Position numbers and translations under genes: made by a program. 64,000 nucleotides of DNA, taken from NCBI GenBank assembly GCA_964433325.1, contig CAYSPY010000005.1:15953-79952 (forward strand), read 5' to 3'. The notes beneath the pieces are model-generated. The model saw only the letters and a list, made by a program, of their open reading frames with translations, had not been told where the DNA came from and made no database searches. Of the stretch, positions 52,820 through 61,868 are shown in pieces. The stretch comes from an uncultured Candidatus Peribacteria bacterium (GTDB taxonomy: Bacteria > Patescibacteriota > Gracilibacteria > Peribacterales > Peribacteraceae). Each line of letters begins with the position of its first letter. Position 1 is the first letter of the stretch.

Positions 52820-54112
52820 TTACTTCGTCAAATCCCCAATAATATCGCGACTTGGGGCAGCTGCTGGTGCTTGAGGAATATCTTTCGGCGCTGCGGTGGG
52901 AGTGGCAGGGACAGGGGCTGCTGCGGGTTTTGAGACGCGATCGTTATCTTCTTGGCGCTGCTTTTGCATTGCCTCTTTAAGCGTACGAATGCACTCCAAC
53001 ACTTGCAGCTGGAAGTTATCAAAGCTCGATACTTTAAAACCAGATGCACGTGCATGGCCGCCTCCACCGAATGTGCGAGCGGACAATTGCGACACATCCA
53101 CCGCTGGGGAAGAACGCATGCTTGCCTTGAGCCCTCCTTCTTCGAGTTCGGTAAAGAGTACGTAGACATCAGCATCGGGAATGGTCGAAATAAGCTCATC
53201 CAAAATGCCATGAGTTTCTTTGCTGGTTGCTTCCATCTCTGCCAAGTCTTCCTTGCTAATCGCCGACCACACAATGCGTGCTGTACTATCAATTTGAATG
53301 CGATTAAGAGCACGGCCCCAAATGCGCAGCGTTGAAAGCGGCTTTGTTTTATAGACGTGCTGAATAATCTCCTGCTGTCTCGCCCCCTTTTCGAGGAGCT
53401 CTGCTGCAACCTCCAGTGATCGTGGCGTTGTATTGGGGTTCTGGAAGCTGCGGGTATCAGTAATAAGACCGGTCAGGAGCAACGTCGCCATGTCGGCCGT
53501 AATCTTATCTTTAAACGACGGAACTTGCGTAAACCAGCTGTAGAGCACTTCGGTCGCACTCGCAGCTGTTGGGTCGATCAGCTGTAACTGCCCATGCAGG
53601 GTGTTACTGATGTGATGGTCAATATTGAGAATCGGCACACTGGAAAAGAGGTCCAAGTGGTCTTTGTAGAACGAACCAAGCAAGGCAAGATCGGCCGTAT
53701 CCACCACCACGATAAGATCCCAACCGTACCCTCCTTCGCTCAGCATAATCTGCTGTTGCTTAATTTGCCCCTTTTTGGGCATCACGATGATATTCACTTT
53801 GTTGTCTTCAACGGTGTAGCGAAGCTTATCGACTTCGACTCCGTCATCCAGGTTAATAGTGACAATAAAGTCCTTATTGTCGCTAATCTGCTCATCGAGC
53901 TTTTCAAACCCTGGCAGGAACTTAAGTGCTTCTGGTTTGGTATCAGGGCAAATAACTGTCACATCCTTCCCCATCGCCGTGAACATCTGATAACAGGCAA
54001 GAGCGCTGCTGAGTCCATCGGGGTCCACATTGGCATGTGGGATGATGAGCAGCTTTTGATGCTGCTCGATCAGACTGGTTGCTGCCTGTAAGGACTGGGG
54101 AGATAGACTCAT
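52820..54112 (-). CDS. DHH/DHHA1 family phosphoesterase (NrnA-like) with Pro/Ala-rich C-terminal tail
   Basis: IIPHANVDPDGLSSALA, NIDHHISN (DHH), GGGHARASGF (DHHA1). Confidence 0.85.
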   Translation of the reverse strand: MSLSPQSLQAATSLIEQHQKLLIIPHANVDPDGLSSALACYQMFTAMGKDVTVICPDTKPEALKFLPGFEKLDEQISDNKDFIVTINLDDGVEVDKLRYTVEDNKVNIIVMPKKGQIKQQQIMLSEGGYGWDLIVVVDTADLALLGSFYKDHLDLFSSVPILNIDHHISNTLHGQLQLIDPTAASATEVLYSWFTQVPSFKDKITADMATLLLTGLITDTRSFQNPNTTPRSLEVAAELLEKGARQQEIIQHVYKTKPLSTLRIWGRALNRIQIDSTARIVWSAISKEDLAEMEATSKETHGILDELISTIPDADVYVLFTELEEGGLKASMRSSPAVDVSQLSARTFGGGGHARASGFKVSSFDNFQLQVLECIRTLKEAMQKQRQEDNDRVSKPAAAPVPATPTAAPKDIPQAPAAAPSRDIIGDLTK

Positions 54113-54254
54113 CGTGTTAACGTATTATTGTAACATATTATTGATTATTTGGCAATAATATTCTATAGATGTCAATTAGCCGTATTCGGCGATTCTCTAA
54201 ATAAAAGAGGGCAGCATAGCGCTCCCTTCTAATATTGGCAAGAAGTGATGGTAT

Positions 54255-54331
54255 TGGTCGGGACGACAGGACTTGAACCTGCGGCCTCATGCCCCCCAGG
54301 CATGCGCTCTAGCCAACTGAGCTACGTCCCG
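54255..54331 (-). tRNA. tRNA-Pro (anticodon GGG), CCA encoded
   Basis: Minus strand reads CGGGACG-TA-GCTCAGTTGGCTAGAGC-G-CATGC-CTGGGGG-GCATG-AGGCC-GCAGG-TTCAAGT-CCTGT-CGTCCCG-A-CCA. Confidence 0.9.
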
Positions 54332-54380
54332 AAGCCGGCGCAGTATAGCGAAGCAAATGGACACCTGATACAGTCTTTTT

Positions 54381-54638
54381 ATGAGCGAACTTGATGATTC
54401 GATCAAACAGATATTGGATAGAAACGCGCGCGTCGAACAGGATAAAGCCTGGGAAACAAGCTGGGTCCGCAGGCTCTTTATTGCGTTCATCACCTACCTG
54501 ACGGCCTGCCTGTTCTTGTGGCTGATAAACACGCAAAACCCTCACATCAATGCCTTAGTCCCGACCGGCGGCTACCTTCTCTCAACACTCTCACTCCCCT
54601 GGCTGAAGTCTACGTGGTTACGCAGGCGCACACCTTAA
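54381..54638 (+). CDS. Small two-TM membrane protein (85 aa)
   Basis: Charged N-terminus followed by two hydrophobic helices. It fills the gap next to tRNA-Pro. No family recognised. Confidence 0.45.
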   Translation: MSELDDSIKQILDRNARVEQDKAWETSWVRRLFIAFITYLTACLFLWLINTQNPHINALVPTGGYLLSTLSLPWLKSTWLRRRTP

Positions 54639-55468
54639 GCGCGTGCCTGTCGTTTCATGGTGCGGCGATGCAGCGCTGCACAGTAACCAGATGTCGTAAG
54701 GAGCACTAAGACATCAGCTGTTGGCCCTGCATGAGGCAAATGTGGCACAGAGGAAATCGATGAGCTTGCACCCGCGGCAATAACAGCGCCACTGAGCGCT
54801 CCTGCAGGTTTCGAAATCGAACTAGAAGATGTGCTTCCGCTACTCCCCTGCCCCGCAGCAATAGCCCGGCGACGCTCTTCCATTAAGCGAAGCTGCGCAC
54901 GCCAGCGCTCTTCTGCAGCATCGGAACCCGGTACATCAGCAATCAGACTGCCTGATTCACCCCATACTCGTGCGGCCAGCTGACGGTTCCATTCTTTTGT
55001 ATCGGTAAGGAAGCCTGCAATGCCAAGGAGCAGGAGTAGACCTGCCAAGAGGGCAATGCGCGACTGGCGCTGACGGATAACCACCAGACTAAACCAGAGG
55101 AGCAGTGCAAAAATCAGTGCAACGGGAATCAGCGTCCCCTTCCAGGTCACCCAATCCTGTACACCAGCAAATGCTGGCCACATGCCCGCGGCAAGGTCGG
55201 ATGCAAGCCATACGAGAAGCAATGCAGCAGGGGCAAAGTGCAGCATGCGGAAGGGGTAATCGGCACGCCGCGCTTTAAACAATGGGTACAACGAAAAGGG
55301 ATACGCAATGGCTGCAATGAACGCGAGTGCCCACGGCCACCATGCAACGGTAACGGGCGGCAAGAATGCACATAATAAGCCCGTCAGAACTGTTACCAGC
55401 CCGAGCAGAAACAGGAGCCACGTCTCGGTATTGTGCTTAAGCGGCATAGGAGGCACATGGTCCATCAA
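54635..55468 (-). CDS. Polytopic membrane protein with Ser-rich C-terminal region, function unknown
   Basis: 277-aa ORF with 5-6 hydrophobic helices rich in Trp, Leu and Ala. Confidence 0.6.
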   Translation of the reverse strand: MMDHVPPMPLKHNTETWLLFLLGLVTVLTGLLCAFLPPVTVAWWPWALAFIAAIAYPFSLYPLFKARRADYPFRMLHFAPAALLLVWLASDLAAGMWPAFAGVQDWVTWKGTLIPVALIFALLLWFSLVVIRQRQSRIALLAGLLLLLGIAGFLTDTKEWNRQLAARVWGESGSLIADVPGSDAAEERWRAQLRLMEERRRAIAAGQGSSGSTSSSSISKPAGALSGAVIAAGASSSISSVPHLPHAGPTADVLVLLTTSGYCAALHRRTMKRQARA

Positions 55469-55518
55469 TGTGACTTTTCTGTCAATTTTCAGGGGTACAA
55501 CAATTGTTCAGGGTAAAA

Positions 55519-55620
55519 ATGAGGAGGAATCAGAAGATGCAGAAGGGTCAGAAGAAAAGAGGGAAATGGCTCTGATTAAGAAACTTCCTCTGAATCCTCT
55601 GCATCTTCTACATCTTCACT
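55519..55620. repeat. Intergenic palindromic word-repeat element, related to the insertion in tgt
   Basis: Left arm GAGGAGGAATCAGAAGATGCAGAAGGGTCAGAAGAA and right arm CTTCCTCTGAATCCTCTGCATCTTCTACATCTTC are imperfectly complementary. It shares a 24-mer (22/24) and a 16-mer (16/16) with 17776-17851. Confidence 0.65.
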
Positions 55621-56533
55621 AGAACCACTTCTTCCACATGAAATACACAATAAAGATGACAAGAATCCCACCCATCGATCCGCCAATAATCTCGAACGCG
55701 AGCGGATTATCTTGTAGTGGCAACGGAACGTTCATACCGTAGAAGCTGGCAATAAAGGTAAGCGGAACCATTGTCACCGAGAAAATCGTGAGCAGGCGGA
55801 TAATTTCATTGGTGCGATGCGTCAGCCACGATTCATGAGTCTCCTGCAAGACATCGCTCATTTCCTTGGCGGTATCAAGCAGTGACCACTGGCGCTCAAT
55901 GGCGTCGGAAACGTCATCAAAGTAAATGCGTAGATCTTCGGGGATAAGCGCACGGCTACGGTGTTGCAATTGTGCAACCACTGTTCGTTGTGGGAAGAGA
56001 ATACTGCGCATGGTAATGATATTGCGCTTTAAACTCAGAATGCTTCGCAAAATCTTCTTTTGACGCTCTTCATTCTCGAAGAGTTCCACCTCCATACGAC
56101 GCAGGTCTTTCATGAGCGACTCAATAAGGGGGAACCCTTGATCGAACAGAAGATCGAGTAGCTTATACAGAAAAAAGCCTGACCCACGATCAAAGTATTC
56201 ATCACGCTTCTTTTCTGATGCTTCCAAATTCTTTCGCAATTGATTCAATGCGCCAGACTTATCATCCGAAAAGGTGACAATAAAATCGCTGCCAAGAAAC
56301 ACATTGATATCTTCTTTAATCACTTTCGACCCTGGTTTCACTGGTACGTGGAACACACCGAACAAATAGGATTCATATTCCTCAATTTTCGGACGTTCGT
56401 TTTCACTTAAACAGTCTTCGATATCCAGCGCATGAAACCCAAATCGCTTTTGCAATTCTATGAGCTCGTCTTCATCGGTATGCACTAAGTGATACCACGT
56501 AATACCATGAGATGTCAGGCTGCGAAGCGGCAT
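55619..56533 (-). CDS. corA: Magnesium/cobalt transporter CorA
   Basis: C-terminal two TM helices with the FYGMNV signature. The N-terminal cytoplasmic domain is collinear with CorA. Confidence 0.9.
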   Translation of the reverse strand: MPLRSLTSHGITWYHLVHTDEDELIELQKRFGFHALDIEDCLSENERPKIEEYESYLFGVFHVPVKPGSKVIKEDINVFLGSDFIVTFSDDKSGALNQLRKNLEASEKKRDEYFDRGSGFFLYKLLDLLFDQGFPLIESLMKDLRRMEVELFENEERQKKILRSILSLKRNIITMRSILFPQRTVVAQLQHRSRALIPEDLRIYFDDVSDAIERQWSLLDTAKEMSDVLQETHESWLTHRTNEIIRLLTIFSVTMVPLTFIASFYGMNVPLPLQDNPLAFEIIGGSMGGILVIFIVYFMWKKWF

Positions 56534-56565
56534 GGGAAAGTAAAGAAAGCCCGCTTCGAACGCTT

Positions 56566-56973
56566 TTACCTGTTCTTGCGCTTAGGCAGGTATTTAGAAC
56601 GTGGATCTTTTGGTGACGTTACAGGAACAACTTCGTAATACTTAGCACGATAGCCACGGACCTGGGCATAGACATACAGCACTAACACTGCCAACCAGAA
56701 ACCCCAAAGGGCACGCATTGCGAGAAACTGGATGTTCTCGACTCTCGACACTGTTAGAAGAATGCCTGTGAGACCAAACCATGCAGAAGCCGATGACCAT
56801 GAACGACTGAGCTTACGCAGTTGCTGGTTTTGGAGTCTTTTGCGCCAGAACGAAATTGCAACTGCAGCAACAACAAGGAGTACGCATACGGCAATCACAA
56901 GCATTACCTTTGGGTTGTCGTAATGAGCATTGCCCGGGTTTGGCCAGAAGAGGTACACAAAGAGGTTTTTCAT
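56566..56973 (-). CDS. Membrane protein (135 aa), function unknown
   Basis: Three hydrophobic helices. Its start overlaps the end of the upstream gene by 4 nt. Confidence 0.55.
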   Translation of the reverse strand: MKNLFVYLFWPNPGNAHYDNPKVMLVIAVCVLLVVAAVAISFWRKRLQNQQLRKLSRSWSSASAWFGLTGILLTVSRVENIQFLAMRALWGFWLAVLVLYVYAQVRGYRAKYYEVVPVTSPKDPRSKYLPKRKNR

Positions 56974-57332
56974 ACAGAGGGGGTGGAATCGTCTTCAGCA
57001 GCTTCGATTAATTCATCAAGCTCTTCATCGGACGTTTCTTCAAGGATAGCATCTGGGGCAATAGCGCGCAGCATTCGTTCTGTTTCACGCTCCTTTACCG
57101 TTCGTGCTGGGCGAATAAGCAAATACAGCAAAAATCCTGCAAGCGGCAAACACCCAACAAGAAGAACACAGAAAAACTGATACCAGAATGACCGTGTGCG
57201 AAGCAAAATGTCGCGCAGCGTAAAGAGGAGTAGATACACCAGTACCACTGCACATACAACAATCAGAAGTTGCAGAATCTGCACAGGACCCGCTGGGATA
57301 ATGCCGGCGAAGGAATCGAGCGAGAAAGGCAC
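56970..57332 (-). CDS. Small membrane protein resembling the PLD-nuclease N-terminal (PLDc_N) family, with acidic tail
   Basis: ..FWYQFFCVLLVGCLPLAGFLLYLLIRP.. matches the W....P..G...YL..R pattern of PLDc_N two-TM proteins. Confidence 0.55.
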   Translation of the reverse strand: MPFSLDSFAGIIPAGPVQILQLLIVVCAVVLVYLLLFTLRDILLRTRSFWYQFFCVLLVGCLPLAGFLLYLLIRPARTVKERETERMLRAIAPDAILEETSDEELDELIEAAEDDSTPSV

Positions 57333-57365
57333 GAGTGAAACAAAGGAAACCGATCACTACCACTC

Positions 57366-58295
57366 TTACAAATGCGGATGGCGTCGGCGGTGAACGGTAA
57401 CGTACACGAGGGTCCCCAGGAGCGCTAGTATCGAAAGTAGCTGACTGAAGCGCAGTTCGAAGGATTCAAATGGCAGCATTGGGCGAACAAACAGATATAA
57501 CGCACACAAAAAAGTCGTCGCGATTTCGTACCCAACTACCATGCGCTGCGGCATACGAATTTCAAATGCTGCAAATCCTCCCAGGCTCAAAAAGAGAAGG
57601 ATTAACAATAGGAGATCCAGCTGCGTGGCAAATACGGGAATACCGAAGTCGCCACGGAAGGATTCGAAAATAAATGTCCCGATGGTCGCAAGAATAATTC
57701 CCACCATGGTCTCCGCGCCTGCCCTACGTGCATGCTTACGCACAATCAGTAGTAAGAAGGTAATCGTAAAGAAGAATAACGCGTAATAGAGCTGTACAGG
57801 GTGAATAGGCACAGCGAAACGAACGTTAAACGCGTCGTAGGTTACACCCCAGAACATATCGGTGGGGCGACCATAGGCCTGGCCCGCAAAGAACTTCCCC
57901 AGCCAGTCGAAGGACATGCCAAAGGTAAAGGTTGGGAACAGTACATCTAACCACTGTAAGAATGTTGTGCGCGATGTGTGGCGCGTGACATACAGCGTGA
58001 CTGCAATTCCCACCGCCATACCAAGGAAACTGAAGTGCCCATCATGCATGTACAGAAACCTAAATGGATCATCTGGCTTTAGGTACACACGATACTGCTC
58101 GATGACTGCAAAGATTCGTCCGCCAATAATAGCTGCGACGGTGTACCACACGGCATGGTCGCGAAATGGTTGCAGCGACAACCCTGCGCTCTGCGCGAGG
58201 CGAAAGAAAAATTCAGCCGACATCCACACAGCAATGAGCGTGAAAACCAAGTGTGTCCAAACAATGAAGGGGCCGAACTGGAAGGCGTCGAACAT
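57366..58295 (-). CDS. lgt: Prolipoprotein diacylglyceryl transferase
   Basis: Polytopic. ..GGRIFAV.., ..QAYGRPTDMFWGV.., ..PIHPVQLYYALFFF.. correspond to Lgt signature regions. Confidence 0.82.
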   Translation of the reverse strand: MFDAFQFGPFIVWTHLVFTLIAVWMSAEFFFRLAQSAGLSLQPFRDHAVWYTVAAIIGGRIFAVIEQYRVYLKPDDPFRFLYMHDGHFSFLGMAVGIAVTLYVTRHTSRTTFLQWLDVLFPTFTFGMSFDWLGKFFAGQAYGRPTDMFWGVTYDAFNVRFAVPIHPVQLYYALFFFTITFLLLIVRKHARRAGAETMVGIILATIGTFIFESFRGDFGIPVFATQLDLLLLILLFLSLGGFAAFEIRMPQRMVVGYEIATTFLCALYLFVRPMLPFESFELRFSQLLSILALLGTLVYVTVHRRRHPHL

Positions 58296-58321
58296 ACGAG
58301 AAGAATACTAGAATATTGGGA

Positions 58322-58379
58322 ATTAGAATAATAGGACCTGTGTATGACTCCTATTATTCTAATATTCTAATATTCTAAT
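58322..58379. repeat. Perfect 15-bp inverted repeat plus three tandem ATTCTAAT 8-mers
   Basis: ATTAGAATAATAGGA (58322-58336) and TCCTATTATTCTAAT (58349-58363) flank a 12-nt loop. ATTCTAAT repeats three times at 58356-58379. It lies between the thrS stop and the lgt start. Confidence 0.75.
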
Positions 58380-58396
58380 TTCTACTACTCACCCTC

Positions 58397-60199
58397 TCAT
58401 CCAATCGAGTGCTCCAATTTGCGCTGTGCGACATCGTTTGTCACCGACGCAATGAATTCATCGAACTTCACCGCCACCTGATTCTTGGTGCGAATGTTTC
58501 GTACGGTAACCGTTCCCTCTTCGATTTCTTTATCGCCGATCACAAGGAGGTACGGAATGCGCTGAGTTTCACCTTCACGAATACGCTTACCCAGTGATTC
58601 AGTGGAGTTCATGTATTCAATACGAATCCCCTTCTCCATCAATTTCGCCCCAAGGCTTGCAGCATGCTCTTCGTGACCGCTCGCAACAGGGAGGACAGCG
58701 GCCTGGATAGGACTCACCCAGAGTGGGAAGTGCCCTGCGTGGTGCTCAATGAATGTCGAAAGGAAACGCTCCAGAGAGCCCATGATCGCACAGTGAATCA
58801 TCACAATGCGCTCTTTCTCCCCTGCTTCATTCATACAGAACAAATCGAATCGCTCTGGCATGTTGATATCTAACTGAATGGTCGCAACCTGCCACTCACG
58901 TCCAATGGAATCGACAGCGATAAAATCTACCTTTGGTCCGTAGAAGGCAGCTTCGCCCGGTGCTTCGATATACGCAATCCCACGATCTTTCGCAATGCCA
59001 CGGATGGCATCTTCGGCCCCCTGCCATAATTCGCGCGTTCCGAGATATTTTTCGAAATGCTCTGGGTCGTGCAGGGACAAGCGAACTTTGAGCGCGCCAA
59101 AGCCCGTCGTCTTGTAGAAAATATCGATAATGTCCCAGACACGAAGGAATTCATCCTCTACTTGGCTCTGGCGACAGAATACGTGTGCGTCATCCTGTGT
59201 AATGGAACGAACACGGGAAAGACCATGGAGCTCCCCTGTCTGCTCGTCGCGGTAGACCATGGTTGTTTCTGCGTAGCGCTGTGGCAGATCTTTGTAACTG
59301 CGTGGGAGGTGATTGTAGATCTGCGTGTGATGCGGGCAGTTCATCGGCTTCATCGCAAATTCGTGCTCGTCACGTGTTTGAATGCGGAACAAGTCATCTT
59401 TGAACTTTGCCCAGTGACCAGATGTTTCGTAGAGTTCTTTCTTGGTGATGTGTGGAATAGTGACACGCTGATAGCCACGAGCCTCGCGTAGTTCCCAGAC
59501 AAAACCATCCAGAAGATGACGCATGAGTGTTCCACGTGGTGTCCAGAGCGGTAGACCTGGCCCTACAAGGTCACTGAAGGTAAAGAGATCCATTTCTTTC
59601 CCGATCTTACGATGATCGCGCTTACGAGCCTCTTCCATCTGCTTAAGGTACGCATCAAGCTCTTCTTTGGACCCAAACGCTGCGACGTAGATACGACTGA
59701 GCTGCTCGCGCTTTGCATCGCCACGCCAGTACGCACCAGCAAGCGTCATCAACTTGAATCCGTCGACAGGGATCTCTTTGGTTGTATCGGTGTGGCCGCC
59801 GCGACAGAGGTCTGTAAACGTATCTTTGCCATCGGGGCCAACGTTGACGTAATGCGTGACCATCTTCACATTTTCATTCTTTTCCAAGTCTTGAATCAGT
59901 TCGACTTTGAATGGCTGCTCTTTACCTTTCCAAAAGGCAATTGCATCCTTTACCGAGAGCTCATCACACCTAAATGTCTGGGCCTGGTGGATGATCTTCT
60001 TCATCTCCTTTTCGATCGCTGGGAAGTCAGCATCAGAAATTGGCTTACTAAAGAGGAAATCGTAATAACAACCCGTTTCAATCGGTGGACCGATGGTCAC
60101 CTTGGTATCGGGCCAGAGTTTCATCACTGCCTGTGCCAGTACGTGCGCCAGGCTGTGGCGCATTTTGGCTAAGTCGTCGAGGTTTGCGTAATCGGCCAT
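58397..60199 (-). CDS. thrS: Threonine--tRNA ligase (lacks the N-terminal TGS domain)
   Basis: ..MRHSLAHVLAQAVMKLWP.. (editing-domain HxxxH), class II motifs (..FRDEQ.., ..GAFYGPKVD..) and the C-terminal anticodon-binding domain. 600 aa. Confidence 0.95.
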   Translation of the reverse strand: MADYANLDDLAKMRHSLAHVLAQAVMKLWPDTKVTIGPPIETGCYYDFLFSKPISDADFPAIEKEMKKIIHQAQTFRCDELSVKDAIAFWKGKEQPFKVELIQDLEKNENVKMVTHYVNVGPDGKDTFTDLCRGGHTDTTKEIPVDGFKLMTLAGAYWRGDAKREQLSRIYVAAFGSKEELDAYLKQMEEARKRDHRKIGKEMDLFTFSDLVGPGLPLWTPRGTLMRHLLDGFVWELREARGYQRVTIPHITKKELYETSGHWAKFKDDLFRIQTRDEHEFAMKPMNCPHHTQIYNHLPRSYKDLPQRYAETTMVYRDEQTGELHGLSRVRSITQDDAHVFCRQSQVEDEFLRVWDIIDIFYKTTGFGALKVRLSLHDPEHFEKYLGTRELWQGAEDAIRGIAKDRGIAYIEAPGEAAFYGPKVDFIAVDSIGREWQVATIQLDINMPERFDLFCMNEAGEKERIVMIHCAIMGSLERFLSTFIEHHAGHFPLWVSPIQAAVLPVASGHEEHAASLGAKLMEKGIRIEYMNSTESLGKRIREGETQRIPYLLVIGDKEIEEGTVTVRNIRTKNQVAVKFDEFIASVTNDVAQRKLEHSIG

Positions 60200-60248
60200 T
60201 TATACTGAGTAAGGTCGAAGTATGGCTGAATGATAATGGAAAATTGAG

Positions 60249-60266
60249 AATTGAGAATGGAGAATT
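60249..60266 (-). promoter_or_regulatory. Second copy of the 18-nt motif AATTCTCCATTCTCAATT (read on the minus strand) upstream of thrS
   Basis: Plus strand AATTGAGAATGGAGAATT is the exact reverse complement of 15657-15674. It lies 50 nt upstream of the thrS ATG. Confidence 0.4.
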
Positions 60267-60314
60267 AAGAATTACACCTCCGTTAGGTCGATCTCATGAC
60301 GAGAAAAGCATGCA

Positions 60315-60421
60315 CCGGGCGGCGTCCCCGTCGCCACGGCTGGTGGGGGCCCGCGGAGGAGCGGCTTGGCGACGGTGTCCTTTTCTTTCGCCATTTCTTT
60401 TGGACACGCAAAAGAAATGGC
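60315..60421 (+). repeat. Structured intergenic element, copy B
   Basis: CCGGGCGG, then stem CCGTCGCC (60328-60335) / GGCGACGG (60368-60375) enclosing the same 32-nt loop (31/32 identical to copy A). A T-rich run follows, then the hairpin GCCATTTCTTTTG-gacacg-CAAAAGAAATGGC. The stem differs from copy A by a compensatory C:G to T:A change. Confidence 0.75.
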
Positions 60422-60445
60422 ATGTTCTCTCGCAACTTTTATATA

Positions 60446-61852
60446 TCACGCTAATTTTAATTCACCTTCCAATGCCCGAATTTCGCGGAGCAACTGCGGG
60501 TCATTGAGCTGACGTGACTCCATTTTGGCCATCGCATTCATCACTGTGGTGTGATCGCGACCAGAGAAAAGTTCGCCGATACGCACGTAGCTGAGACGCA
60601 GGTATTTCTTACAGAGGAACATCGCGATCTGGCGTGGAATCAAGATTTCGCGCACACGTGACTGCCCCAGCATGTCTGCTGTGGAGACGGAGTAGTAGCG
60701 ACTGACGGATTCCATCACATCTTGGAAAGTCGTGTTTCTGGCTGCCACACTTTCAAATCCTGGTGTTTCCTCGCGCTCATGTGGGTCCTTGTTCAACTTC
60801 CGCATAATTTCGGCAATGCTCTTTACCGTCGGCATGCGCTGCTCGAGTTCATACTGCGCAACCGCCTGCATCAAGATGCCTTCAAGTTCGCGAATATGCT
60901 TGGTCGCATGCTCTGCGATAAACTGGAGCACCACCATATCCATAAAGATTTCATACTCTTTTGCTTTCTCGACCAAAATCGCTAAGCGTGTTTCATAGTC
61001 TGGCAGCGAGACATCGGCAATCATGCCGCGCTCGAAGCGAGATACCAGGCGATCTTCTAGTTGTAACTCTTGTGGAGGACGATCAGCCGAAAGGATGATC
61101 TGCTTCCGTTCCTCGTAGAGCGTATTAAAGGTATAGAAAAATTCTTCCTGCGTGCGCTCCTTATTTGCGAGGAACTGAACGTCATCGATAATAAGCACAT
61201 CGACACTGCGATACCTGCGACGGAATTGCTCCCACTTCTGGTTCATCACAGTTTCAATCACTTGGTTGGCAAAGTCTTCGGCGGTCGTATACACAACCGT
61301 CGATTTTGGCATCTGCTTGAGGATTGCGTTCCCTGTGGCCTGCAAAAGATGAGTTTTCCCAAGGCCCACTCCACCGTACAAAAAGAGCGGATTATATTTT
61401 CCACCTGGCTGCATCGCGACAGCTTGGCACGCTGCGTAGGCCAAGCGATTATTAGAACCCACCACAAAACTTTCCAGGGAGTAGCGAGGGTTCAGGATTT
61501 TGCTGACGATACCTTCCGCCAATTTAACTTCCTGCTTACCGGGTAGCTTTCGCTTTTTTTCTTCGGGGAAAGCTTCCAGCAAATCAAACGTGCGGGACCT
61601 ATCATCTTTCAATCCCCCATCCACCTTATAGACGATTTGAGTGATGGTTGGGTCCATCTCCTGGGCTACCTGCAACGTGACAGCGCGGTAATGCTCCATG
61701 TGCCAGTTAAGGGACATCGGGAGTGGCAGACCAATCATGAGCGTTCCTCCTTCACGATTTAAAATAGCAGTGTCCTTAAACCACGTGATGAACTGGCTGT
61801 GTGGGATTTGGTTCTTGAGCACCCCAAGCATTTGGAGCCACGTACTTCTCAT
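60446..61852 (-). CDS. dnaA: Chromosomal replication initiator protein DnaA
   Basis: GGVGLGKTHL (Walker A), LIIDDVQF, the sensor motifs, and the C-terminal DNA-binding domain (..RQIAMFLCKKY.. ..GRDHTTVMNA..). The ATG at 61852 (MRSTWLQML..) aligns best with known N-termini. The ORF track extends to 61894, overlapping the upstream gene. Confidence 0.93.
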   Translation of the reverse strand: MRSTWLQMLGVLKNQIPHSQFITWFKDTAILNREGGTLMIGLPLPMSLNWHMEHYRAVTLQVAQEMDPTITQIVYKVDGGLKDDRSRTFDLLEAFPEEKKRKLPGKQEVKLAEGIVSKILNPRYSLESFVVGSNNRLAYAACQAVAMQPGGKYNPLFLYGGVGLGKTHLLQATGNAILKQMPKSTVVYTTAEDFANQVIETVMNQKWEQFRRRYRSVDVLIIDDVQFLANKERTQEEFFYTFNTLYEERKQIILSADRPPQELQLEDRLVSRFERGMIADVSLPDYETRLAILVEKAKEYEIFMDMVVLQFIAEHATKHIRELEGILMQAVAQYELEQRMPTVKSIAEIMRKLNKDPHEREETPGFESVAARNTTFQDVMESVSRYYSVSTADMLGQSRVREILIPRQIAMFLCKKYLRLSYVRIGELFSGRDHTTVMNAMAKMESRQLNDPQLLREIRALEGELKLA

Positions 61853-61868
61853 GCCTGCGGCAGCCTGA

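Noticed and set aside
58356-58379. CRISPR-like array
   Set aside because: There are only three 8-nt tandem units with no spacers. No repeat-spacer architecture or cas genes occur anywhere in the window.
60200-60445. T-box leader controlling thrS
   Set aside because: GGTGGGGGCCCGCGG resembles the T-box core, but it lies on the plus strand while thrS is on the minus strand. The same sequence also occurs next to lepA, where no aminoacyl-tRNA synthetase gene follows.
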